Source: a virus (lineage: Duplodnaviria; Heunggongvirae; Uroviricota; Caudoviricetes). Taken from it: a stretch of DNA of 64,000 bases. The translations under genes were made by a program, and so were the position numbers. A model generated the notes under the pieces. That model ran no database searches and was not told where the DNA came from. It saw only the letters and a list, made by a program, of their open reading frames with translations. Below are positions 56,337 to 64,000 of the stretch, in pieces (position 1 is the stretch's first letter; every line of letters starts with the position of its first letter). Location of the stretch: positions 60,732 to 124,731 of IMG/VR virus record IMGVR_UViG_3300037512_000782; one strand, written 5' to 3'.

Positions 56337-57440
56337 ATGGCATACTTTTCCAAAGAAGAAATCATATTCAAGAAGATTATGTCGTTGGATCCGACCGTCG
56401 GTGCGGTCGATGATAAAGCTCGTGCATGGCTTCCGGTTACATGCATTGATGAAGATAATCCGGATCCGAATGGCCGTGTGACGTTAAGGGCACCGTATCC
56501 GATTGGGGACGGAGATGTCAATGGCACCGTATGCCCGTACTGCGAAGGTTTAGGACACGTGACCAAACATGAATGTTTGGCTTGCACTAAGGGTTACAAG
56601 ACCGAGCAGTGCTCCGCATGCAACGGCACTGGATGGAAGGATGCTGAATGTGACGAAGAAGAACGTGAACCGTGCGAAGTTTGTAATGGTGCTGGTACAG
56701 TTCAAGTTGAGTGCCCACAGTGCGGCGGCACTGGATTCGTCACCGAGATTTCTGACGATCCGTCTGACGCCGAATGCGAACATTGCCACGGAACTGGCAT
56801 TCTTGGCGGAGCCGTAGGCGCAATCACTGTAGATGCTGATGGCATAATCACCTTGCGCTATGACGACGTGTCATTGGGTATTGACGAGCATGGCCGTATC
56901 TTCGGTCGCTTGAAGGTCAAGGACGGAAAAAGCGGACTTGATATCGAACGAATTGACGGCAAGGACAACGTATTCGTCAAGGTCGATACGAAGTCGATCC
57001 GCATTAACGACAACGGATGTCTTGAAGTCGTTGACTATGTCAAGCCGTATGCGGAACAGTTTTCGAATAGCGTCGCGTTCAATCAAAAGGTTCTTTACAG
57101 TAGCGATCCGATATCGCTTAGTGATGGCGGTAAGGATATTATTGTCGATGATGCCGATGTCAAGAAGATTCATGTACATCTGTCTGTGGGTATTCGCAAT
57201 GATGATTATTTGAACGCTACGTCGTGGACTGGACTTCAGATGAATGTCGGCGGCAATCTGTCTGAAATCTTCTGCTGGGATCAGACGATACCTTATACTA
57301 TTGTGAACTTCGATACATTCATCGATGTGTCCAATGATCGTACGGTTCCCGTATGGCTGAAATTCAAGGCTGGCGCGGTTGAGGACTTCATTCCAGCTGG
57401 CGCAACGTTCTCTTGGACAGCCAACGTAACTTCGTGCTAA
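56337..57440 (+). CDS. fibre-like protein with DnaJ-type Zn-finger repeats
   Basis: six CxxCxGxG-type motifs followed by shaft-like repeats (VKVDTKSIRINDNGCLEV). Confidence 0.7.
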   Translation: MAYFSKEEIIFKKIMSLDPTVGAVDDKARAWLPVTCIDEDNPDPNGRVTLRAPYPIGDGDVNGTVCPYCEGLGHVTKHECLACTKGYKTEQCSACNGTGWKDAECDEEEREPCEVCNGAGTVQVECPQCGGTGFVTEISDDPSDAECEHCHGTGILGGAVGAITVDADGIITLRYDDVSLGIDEHGRIFGRLKVKDGKSGLDIERIDGKDNVFVKVDTKSIRINDNGCLEVVDYVKPYAEQFSNSVAFNQKVLYSSDPISLSDGGKDIIVDDADVKKIHVHLSVGIRNDDYLNATSWTGLQMNVGGNLSEIFCWDQTIPYTIVNFDTFIDVSNDRTVPVWLKFKAGAVEDFIPAGATFSWTANVTSC

Positions 57441-57479
57441 ATGAACTAATTTAAACTTTAACGAAACATTTGGGTTAAA

Positions 57480-58238
57480 ATGGCTAATCGTAACATTAAC
57501 GGGCCGAAGAAGCGCCCGGCCAATCCGGCTGTATTCGACGAAAAGGGTCGACAGACCGTCGCTTCGATGAAGTATGACAAGATCGACAAGGACTATCTGA
57601 CAAAGCTCCTCTTGGAACATAAGCGTGATGTTGAACTTTTTGGTAAGGGCTATCCGGTTTCCGACGACTTGGCCACTGCAATTCAGGTGGTTATCAAGAA
57701 GACCGCTGGCATGATGTCTTGGCGCAAGTACACGGATCCTTGGAAGGAAGAGATGTATGCCAGGGCCCAGTTCTGCGCTCTGAAGTATTGCCACTCGTTC
57801 GATCCGAACAAGATGGCCGAGAACTCCAAGAACAAAGACCCTTACTACTACTTGGGACAGATCGTGTCTCGTGCATTCATGCAGCAAGTGACAGACCTCA
57901 AGAAGAAGTCGAAGTACATCAAGTTCACATCGCTCAACGAGAACATTCTCCACACTTGCGTCAACATCGACGAGTATGCTGGCGTCATCGAACGTGAGGA
58001 GAAGCGCCAGAAGGACGAGATCAATGCGAACCTCGCTATGGAACACAACAACGTGTCCGACGCCGTCGATGTCCTTGAGAAGGTGGATCCGTACATGGAC
58101 GACAAGGTAATCGAACTCGCGAAGAGGCTCGTCGACGAGGAAGGCATCAGCGAGGAATCTGCTTGCAAGGAAGCCAAGCGCATCTTGGCCGCACGTAAGC
58201 AGAAAGCTGCTGAAGCCAAGAAGGCAGAAAAGAAGTAA
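57480..58238 (+). CDS. gp55: late-transcription sigma factor (T4 gp55-like)
   Basis: WRKYTDPWKEEM..ALKYCHSFDPNK..DPYYYLGQIVSRAF matches the gp55 pattern. Confidence 0.88.
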   Translation: MANRNINGPKKRPANPAVFDEKGRQTVASMKYDKIDKDYLTKLLLEHKRDVELFGKGYPVSDDLATAIQVVIKKTAGMMSWRKYTDPWKEEMYARAQFCALKYCHSFDPNKMAENSKNKDPYYYLGQIVSRAFMQQVTDLKKKSKYIKFTSLNENILHTCVNIDEYAGVIEREEKRQKDEINANLAMEHNNVSDAVDVLEKVDPYMDDKVIELAKRLVDEEGISEESACKEAKRILAARKQKAAEAKKAEKK

Positions 58239-58264
58239 TTTTAATCATACGCATCTTTCCTCCT

Positions 58265-58288
58265 AAGCCGCCAGAAATGGCGGCTTTC
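58265..58288 (+). terminator. intrinsic terminator
   Basis: AAGCCGCCA-GAAA-TGGCGGCTTT. Confidence 0.7.
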
Positions 58289-58378
58289 TACGTTTAAACA
58301 TTCAACTTAAATCATTTCAACGCGAAACAAGTTCTGTTGAATTTTGATAAACTATCTTCAAAGTCAAGGACAACTACT

Positions 58379-58858
58379 ATGGCTCTAAAGATTGACAGTG
58401 GAAACGTATTGGGTATGTACGGAACGAATTTTGATACCCATCCAGACTGGAGACACGATATTTACGTGCAGACCCAGAGCCTCATCCCTGGGGTCATGGA
58501 CATCAAGTCCGGTAAGGCAGAGAAGTTCGTAAAACGTGCCGAGGAACAGATGTACTGGCATACCGAGGACAAGCTTGCCGAACTTCAAGACAAGTTCCTC
58601 GAAGACGATATGGTAAATAACACGCCGGGTCGTGGCCAGAAGAACTATCGCCGTATGGAATACGACATCACGAAGAATCCCAACGGAAAGGGAGCCGAGG
58701 AAGACCGCAAGGCCGCCGAGGAGAAGGAAGTTCTCACTAAAGAGAAGCTGATGGACGTGCTCAATAACGTTCGCTATACCATGTGTTCGACTGCGTCCGC
58801 TTGGGGCGACGAGCCTATCAAGCAGAAGGACTACCAAGACCAGATCAAGCTTAGGTAG
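58379..58858 (+). CDS. hypothetical protein
   Basis: ATG 58379 with AAGGA RBS; late motif at 58346-53. Confidence 0.7.
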   Translation: MALKIDSGNVLGMYGTNFDTHPDWRHDIYVQTQSLIPGVMDIKSGKAEKFVKRAEEQMYWHTEDKLAELQDKFLEDDMVNNTPGRGQKNYRRMEYDITKNPNGKGAEEDRKAAEEKEVLTKEKLMDVLNNVRYTMCSTASAWGDEPIKQKDYQDQIKLR

Positions 58859-58885
58859 GGGTTTTTCTTCCTTTTACCCTACCTT

Positions 58886-58911
58886 GGAGGTCGCCGTGAG
58901 GCGGCCTCCTT
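58886..58911 (+). terminator. intrinsic terminator
   Basis: GGAGGTCGCC-GTGA-GGCGGCCTCC then TTCTGTTTT. Confidence 0.7.
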
Positions 58912-58917
58912 CTGTTT

Positions 58918-58933
58918 TGGCATGGTTTTTGCT
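58918..58933 (+). promoter_or_regulatory. sigma54 (-24/-12) type promoter for hsp20
   Basis: TGGCATGGTTTTTGCT = GG-N10-GC consensus, 42 nt upstream of the ATG. Confidence 0.65.
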
Positions 58934-58975
58934 TATTAATGGGCAAAGGAAATAATTTAATACTCAAAAGGAGTT

Positions 58976-59422
58976 ATGCCTATGTACAATAAAATGCCTG
59001 TGTTTAACATCTTCGGTGTCGATCCGTTCGACTTCGGTGAGTCCAATGTCGCTAACGGTTTCTGCAATATCGGTAACGAGCTGCAGAACATGGTGAAGGC
59101 GATGACTTGTGAGGACGACCAGAAGCCTCACGCCAGACGCCCTAACTTCCGTGCCGAACATACTGATGAAGCCGACATTTTCTACGTGGAACTGCCGGGT
59201 GTGAAAAAGGAAGACATCAGTGTGGTCGTCTCTGGTGAATACACCTTGGCGCTGCTCGCCCAGCGCAAGGTCGGAAAGACCGAGACTACGTTCCGCACGG
59301 AGTTGGCAAGCGACAAGGACATCAACAACGCCAAGCTGAAGTACGAAGATGGCTTGCTGACCGTCACTATCGCTCCCAAGCCGAAGGCTGTATCTGATGT
59401 CAAGAAGCTTCAGATCCAGTAA
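58976..59422 (+). CDS. small heat-shock protein (Hsp20/alpha-crystallin family)
   Basis: VELPGVKKEDISV and AKLKYEDGLLTVTIAPK motifs; AAGGAG RBS. Confidence 0.9.
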   Translation: MPMYNKMPVFNIFGVDPFDFGESNVANGFCNIGNELQNMVKAMTCEDDQKPHARRPNFRAEHTDEADIFYVELPGVKKEDISVVVSGEYTLALLAQRKVGKTETTFRTELASDKDINNAKLKYEDGLLTVTIAPKPKAVSDVKKLQIQ

Positions 59423-59448
59423 GTTAAACTATCACAAAGGAGGAAATT

Positions 59449-59479
59449 AAAAAATGCCGTCCGAAAGGGCGGCATTTTT
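59449..59479. terminator. bidirectional intrinsic terminator
   Basis: AAAAAATGCCGTCC-GAAA-GGGCGGCATTTTT between convergent genes. Confidence 0.8.
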
Positions 59480-59498
59480 GTTTCCTTTTTTGTTTTGG

Positions 59499-59819
59499 TT
59501 AGATCTGCTTTGCGGACAGCCAGTTTCTGTAGTAGTTGAGACTACGGCGGACTGTCTGGAAGTTTTCGGTGCCAGCGGCCTTCATTGCATCCATCGTGAT
59601 CGATTCGAGGAACGCCTTCGGTTCCGTGTCGCCGCGCATGGCTTCGAGCGTGTCGATTGCCTCGAACTTGACGGAGTCGTTTTCGGTGAGCTCGGTATCG
59701 ATATCGTGGGTTAGGCCGAACGCCTTGATAACGCCTTCCAGCTTCGCCTTGTTGGAGTCAGTCATCAACTGGCGGGTCTTGTAGATGAAGTACTTTTCTG
59801 GTTCTGTAGCTTGACGCAT
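59499..59819 (-). CDS. hypothetical protein
   Basis: 106 aa; AGGAG RBS; late motif at 59846-53 (minus). Confidence 0.7.
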   Translation of the reverse strand: MRQATEPEKYFIYKTRQLMTDSNKAKLEGVIKAFGLTHDIDTELTENDSVKFEAIDTLEAMRGDTEPKAFLESITMDAMKAAGTENFQTVRRSLNYYRNWLSAKQI

Positions 59820-59845
59820 GGTCGTTCTCCTAGCTTTATGACATC

Positions 59846-59882
59846 AGTTTATCATTTTTGTGCGGCGGCGATTTGATAAACT
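59846..59882. promoter_or_regulatory. back-to-back late promoters
   Basis: AGTTTATC (59846-53) and GATAAACT (59875-82). Confidence 0.65.
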
Positions 59883-59907
59883 GACCATGTAAGAAAGGGT
59901 TCAAGCG

Positions 59908-61515
59908 ATGACACCATATTATTACGTTCGTGAAGTTGAAAAGATTATGATTGCGTTGATGGACGTATTCAATAATCTGCGTGCCAAGAAATACAAGGAC
60001 ATCTCGCGTACGGCGTCCGACCGTACAGTTGCTGTCCCTATCACGACCCACAGCAGCGCGAACTTCGCAAACTTGGTCGCTTCTACGCAGTCGACGCAAG
60101 AACCGATGCCAGTGCCTATTCTTGGCTTCCGTTATACCGGAAACTCGCATGACCAAGCCAACATGGTGCAGCCGTGCTATGCGCGTGAAATCTACTCGCC
60201 CACGATACAGAAGTTCATCCGTGACATACAGCCGACGCCGCAAGTATTCAAGTTCGAAATGACATTGCTCTGCAACGACATGTCCGACTATCTGCAGATA
60301 AAGGAAAACATCGAAGCCTATTTCAACACGTACCGCACAGTCCGTATCAAGGAGTTCGACTTCATCCCGGAAATAGAGCGACCGATTCCGTTCTCGGTCA
60401 CTTGGACGGATAGTCTCGACGACGAGAAGTCATCGGACAGCAAGGAATACCAGTATTACAAGACGACCTACACCATCGAGGCCCATGGCGTCTATCACCG
60501 TAAGTACGAAATTCCGGCGATCATCAAGTACGCCGAAATGAATTTCAACATCAACAACGAACTTATCGACTCGTTGCAAGTGTTCGTGTATCCAGACGAA
60601 ATCGCGCAGCAGAAGAAGCACTTGTGGGAAACCGTCGAGCCTTCGATTCGCGAGGGCTGGTCGCTGCTCAAGACGTTCACTAGGACGCTTGTTCGCAAGA
60701 CGGACGAGGACGGCGACGAATACTGGAAGGATGAGACTCGCAAGAGCTACGACTTGACCTATCACGACGAGAGTGACATTACGAAGCGCAACAAGGTAGG
60801 AAATGTCGTAACTGGCTACAACCCTATTCTGAAGGGTTACAAGCGTGACGATAATGGCAACATCATCAAGGACAAGGACGGCGACCCGATTCCTATTTAC
60901 GACTGGGAAGATATCGTCGTCGGCGACGTGAACCGTCCGCCGGAAGTCCCTTCATTCGACTTGATCCACTTGAACTTTGACGAGGATACTTCTCTGGAGC
61001 ACGACTTCAGCGGACTCAACCGTGACTTCGTCGCGATATCCAGCGAGAAGCGTGAGTTTGTACCAGACATGGCTCCAGGCAACGGCAGCTATGCACCGGA
61101 CGGATACGCTTCCGAGAATACGGACTGGTCGCAGATTCTTAACTGGTTCGGCGACAACAAGGAAGGAAAGATCGAATCTTCCTACACCTTCAAGGCCACG
61201 CTGCAGTTCAAGCACCCAGATGTCGATACGGTGTTCCAGTATCTATACAATCCGAAGGACGTCACTCTGTCCGACGGAACGGTCATCCCGGCGGAAACCG
61301 TTTGGTTCGACTGGGGCATACAAGATCACCGACTCTATTTCACATATCACACATCGTCGCAGTATCACCGCTTCGTGAGCGCAAAGACCGACTTCGACGA
61401 CAAGACAATTTATTCGATCTACTTTGTCCTTTATAACGAAGGACAGAACGGCGCGTTCGGTATTCGTACGAACTTCTCCGACACGATGATCGCTCTGGAA
61501 ACGAAGGAAGTATAA
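59908..61515 (+). CDS. gp15: tail sheath stabiliser/terminator (T4 gp15-like) with C-terminal extension
   Basis: YYVREVEKIMIALMDVFNNL, VAVPI, IQPTPQVFKFEM, QIKENIEAYF; about 300 extra C-terminal residues. Confidence 0.7.
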   Translation: MTPYYYVREVEKIMIALMDVFNNLRAKKYKDISRTASDRTVAVPITTHSSANFANLVASTQSTQEPMPVPILGFRYTGNSHDQANMVQPCYAREIYSPTIQKFIRDIQPTPQVFKFEMTLLCNDMSDYLQIKENIEAYFNTYRTVRIKEFDFIPEIERPIPFSVTWTDSLDDEKSSDSKEYQYYKTTYTIEAHGVYHRKYEIPAIIKYAEMNFNINNELIDSLQVFVYPDEIAQQKKHLWETVEPSIREGWSLLKTFTRTLVRKTDEDGDEYWKDETRKSYDLTYHDESDITKRNKVGNVVTGYNPILKGYKRDDNGNIIKDKDGDPIPIYDWEDIVVGDVNRPPEVPSFDLIHLNFDEDTSLEHDFSGLNRDFVAISSEKREFVPDMAPGNGSYAPDGYASENTDWSQILNWFGDNKEGKIESSYTFKATLQFKHPDVDTVFQYLYNPKDVTLSDGTVIPAETVWFDWGIQDHRLYFTYHTSSQYHRFVSAKTDFDDKTIYSIYFVLYNEGQNGAFGIRTNFSDTMIALETKEV

Positions 61516-61856
61516 TGTTTAACTGGAAAGAACGGCTACAATCCAAGGAGACAGCAGCCAAGGCCGCCGAAAATCAGACGGTGGACGCTATGCCGCATGC
61601 CAATCTCAGTATTCCGAAAGTTAACCGCATTAAGCAGTTCTTTGAGGATCGCCAGTATGACGACGTTCCTTTCAAGCTAGAGGGTATGGCCAACATGAGA
61701 GCCGTCCAAGAGGTGCTGCGCAAGGAGCAAGACGACGAGTACATGCACCGTGATGAGAATATGAAAACGTTCAACATCATAAACGAAACTAATAACCAGC
61801 ATCCTTACGATGCATATTTCCAAAGGAAACGACCAGATGAACGATCTGATAGCTAG
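61515..61856 (+). CDS. hypothetical protein
   Basis: 113 aa, coupled (TAATG). Confidence 0.7.
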   Translation: MFNWKERLQSKETAAKAAENQTVDAMPHANLSIPKVNRIKQFFEDRQYDDVPFKLEGMANMRAVQEVLRKEQDDEYMHRDENMKTFNIINETNNQHPYDAYFQRKRPDERSDS

Positions 61857-62394
61857 ACTCAAGGTGACGACGACCACCAAAATCAAGCCGTCTACGGTGA
61901 AGGCTAAAGTGCCAGCCTCCATTAAGATTCCCGCGCCGACCACGATTAAGGTTGCGCCGATTGTTGAACCGTCTGCTGGCAAGCCAGTCAAGGTTGACCA
62001 CGCTCGCGACATGGAGTTCGTGAAGGCGAGCATCCGTAACAAGATGGCTGAATGCAAGGCGAAGGTCGATATCGGTATCAACGAGGACATCATCGCGAAG
62101 TACCGTGATGAATACCAGCAGTTCCTCAAGGAACTCGAAACTATGGATTTCAGCTCCATGATTTTCGGACAGCCGACGGCGCAAGCCACGGCTCCGGCTG
62201 CGGCCCCAGTGGCTCAAGAGGAAGTTCCTCTTGCCAATGGGATCTCCGTAGGCGAAGAAGCTGGCGGATCCATCGTGATTCCGACTACGACGACTCCGAA
62301 GAAGTCTCGCAAGAAGAAGGTGGTGACTGAAGAAGTCCAGACCGACGCTACCGAGGCTCCGGCAGAAGTCGCAGAGGCTCCAGCAGAAGCGTAA
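61837..62394 (+). CDS. hypothetical Lys/Ala/Pro/Thr-rich protein
   Basis: ATG 61837 with AAGGA RBS. Confidence 0.7.
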   Translation: MNDLIARLKVTTTTKIKPSTVKAKVPASIKIPAPTTIKVAPIVEPSAGKPVKVDHARDMEFVKASIRNKMAECKAKVDIGINEDIIAKYRDEYQQFLKELETMDFSSMIFGQPTAQATAPAAAPVAQEEVPLANGISVGEEAGGSIVIPTTTTPKKSRKKKVVTEEVQTDATEAPAEVAEAPAEA

Positions 62395-62420
62395 ACCAAA
62401 CTTTACTTGGTTTGTAAAGA

Positions 62421-62451
62421 AAAGTCGACTTGCAACCCAGGTCGACCTTTT
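62421..62451 (+). terminator. hairpin/terminator
   Basis: GTCGACTTG...CAGGTCGAC followed by CTTTT. Confidence 0.5.
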
Positions 62452-62493
62452 CGCGTCCAGATAAGCTATATTAAGGAATTGGGGAGCTTTGAT

Positions 62494-62715
62494 ATGGACT
62501 TACGTGAACGCAACTTATTGCAGATCGAAGAGATTGAGAAACATAAGTGGATCGAGTCCGAAAAGGCTGGCCACGACTTGGGCGAAGCCGCCCGTATCGA
62601 CTGGGTGCTCAAATATGCAGCTAAGTGGAGCGAAGAGCATCCAGTGACAGATGATAAACTGCCTACAGATGAAAGTTTGAAGGCAGATAATGGCATTTCA
62701 AAAGATATTCCTTGA
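62494..62715 (+). CDS. small protein, DUF4032-like
   Basis: EIEKHKWIESEKAGHDLGEAARIDWV motif; GGGGAG RBS. Confidence 0.6.
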   Translation: MDLRERNLLQIEEIEKHKWIESEKAGHDLGEAARIDWVLKYAAKWSEEHPVTDDKLPTDESLKADNGISKDIP

Positions 62716-63187
62716 ATCTCTTGCCGACATGTGCGGTTCCAAGGCTGGGCTAGTCGCTGCAGCCTTCATGCCTCGTCAAGAGGCCGCCGACGGTATTGGC
62801 GGAGATTACGACACTCTGAAGGATCTCGCCGTATGGTTGCTGGTTGAGAGTAATGTACTCAATCAGCTGCACTGGAATACTGACACGAATCTCAAGCATG
62901 AACTGTTGAACGAGGCTTACGAGCTTTGCCGCGACACTGGCGACAAGCTGGCCGAAACATATATCGCACTTACTGGAAAGCCGTGCGACAAGGAATTTCC
63001 GAAGGTTGATTCTGGCGTCGGTCTCAAGGATACCGATGTCATTGCGCTCTTGAAGAAGCTCGACAGCCACATGAATGAAGCTTGCGCGAAGAATCCGAAA
63101 TTCCCAGAGGGCGTCAAGAATGCGTTCGCCGACTTCGATGAAGCCATGACGACGATTATCTACAAGTACAGCCAGTTCACGGCATAA
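62690..63187 (+). CDS. ferritin/Dps-like four-helix protein (DUF5856-like)
   Basis: QLHWNT...HELLNEAYE...DKLAETY pattern; late motif at 62653-60. Confidence 0.6.
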   Translation: MAFQKIFLESLADMCGSKAGLVAAAFMPRQEAADGIGGDYDTLKDLAVWLLVESNVLNQLHWNTDTNLKHELLNEAYELCRDTGDKLAETYIALTGKPCDKEFPKVDSGVGLKDTDVIALLKKLDSHMNEACAKNPKFPEGVKNAFADFDEAMTTIIYKYSQFTA

Positions 63188-63196
63188 GGAATACCT

Positions 63197-63949
63197 ATGG
63201 AACTTATTACCACAGATGACATGGTCGAATACGTCAAGAGCCGCATGGGTTACCCCGTGACGGAAATTGAGATGGTCGTTGAAGAACGAGGCGGCCTTGG
63301 CCATATCCATCTGGCCATCAATGATACGCTGCGATGGTTCTACCGTATCAACATGGACGAGGCGTCTTACAAGGATATCTTGAAGATTCCTCTACGTGCT
63401 GGTATCATCCAGTACCGTGTTCCAGACAATATCATGGAAGTTATCGACGTGCAGCCTTCCTACGGTAACACGTTCTCTCCGATGATGGCTTGGGACGTCG
63501 GCCCCGGTGAATCGCTCATGGGTGTCGGTGGCGCGGGTCTTGGTGGTCTCGGCCAGTTCGACTTGGTGACTTATGCTGGTGCCATCCGCTACCTGAACGA
63601 CGTTAAGAAGCTTGTCGGTACGCAGTACAACATCAAGCTCCATCCAGTAGACCATATACTCAGAGTCTATCCTACTCCGAAGTCTGACCGTATCGCGCTC
63701 GCTACCGTGTACGTGAAGGCCAAGAAGTACGAAGTATTTGCGAACCCGCTGTTCTGTGACATGGCAGTCGCTCGTGCAGAAATGCAGCTGGGAAAGATCC
63801 TCAAGAAGGACGATATCACGCTTCCTGGTGGTGCCAAGGTCAACGGTCAAGCTATATACACCGATGCGAAGACCGAATGGGATGCATTGTTTAAGATGCT
63901 GCAAGAACAGTCCGCCCAGCCGTTCATGATGACTGACTTGATGTCCTAG
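63197..63949 (+). CDS. gp13: neck protein (T4 gp13-like)
   Basis: YVKSRMGYPVTEIEM, QLGKILKK, LPGGAKVNGQAIY. Confidence 0.85.
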   Translation: MELITTDDMVEYVKSRMGYPVTEIEMVVEERGGLGHIHLAINDTLRWFYRINMDEASYKDILKIPLRAGIIQYRVPDNIMEVIDVQPSYGNTFSPMMAWDVGPGESLMGVGGAGLGGLGQFDLVTYAGAIRYLNDVKKLVGTQYNIKLHPVDHILRVYPTPKSDRIALATVYVKAKKYEVFANPLFCDMAVARAEMQLGKILKKDDITLPGGAKVNGQAIYTDAKTEWDALFKMLQEQSAQPFMMTDLMS

Positions 63950-64000
63950 CGTCTCTTGACAAATCTACCAGTGTTTTACTATATTGATTCCCGTCTAACA

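Noticed and set aside
58313-58329. Second parS-like sequence CATTTCAACGCGAAACA
   Set aside because: Needs an insertion and several mismatches; palindrome broken
63956-63985. TTGACA...TATATT promoter at the window end
   Set aside because: Plausible, but the spacer is 18 bp and the downstream gene lies outside the window
1-64000. Stop-codon reassignment, tRNA/rRNA genes, introns/inteins, integrase or transposase
   Set aside because: Core genes translate intact with the standard code and end in TAA, TAG or TGA; none of these elements was recognised by eye, though a covariance-model search was not possible

Overview
This window is a segment of a large T4-like myovirus genome (about 50% GC by eye, standard genetic code), with no bacterial housekeeping genes. 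Replication and recombination genes: gp32 SSB, gp41 helicase, UvsX, UvsW, T4-type RNase H and gp46. Head module: portal gp20, major capsid gp23, a small core protein missed by the ORF track, protease gp21 and scaffold gp22. Also present are neck and tail parts (gp13, gp15-like, a gp25-domain fusion, Zn-finger fibre-like proteins, two large peptidoglycan-hydrolase-like proteins), the late sigma factor gp55, DnaJ, Hsp20 and many unknown acidic proteins. Read directly from the DNA: (1) a 22-aa near-copy of a major-capsid peptide inside a glycosyltransferase-like protein, conserved at protein but not codon level; (2) a perfect bacterial parS palindrome; (3) a stand-alone family-A-polymerase-like gene with a structured leader and an upstream inverted repeat; (4) a recurrent GATAAACT late-promoter motif, one copy inside an RBS-occluding hairpin; (5) a sigma70-type promoter class with a conserved TTCAAA element; (6) a sigma54-type promoter before hsp20; (7) a gene-32-type leader pseudoknot. 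All family assignments come from motif recognition by eye; no database search was run.
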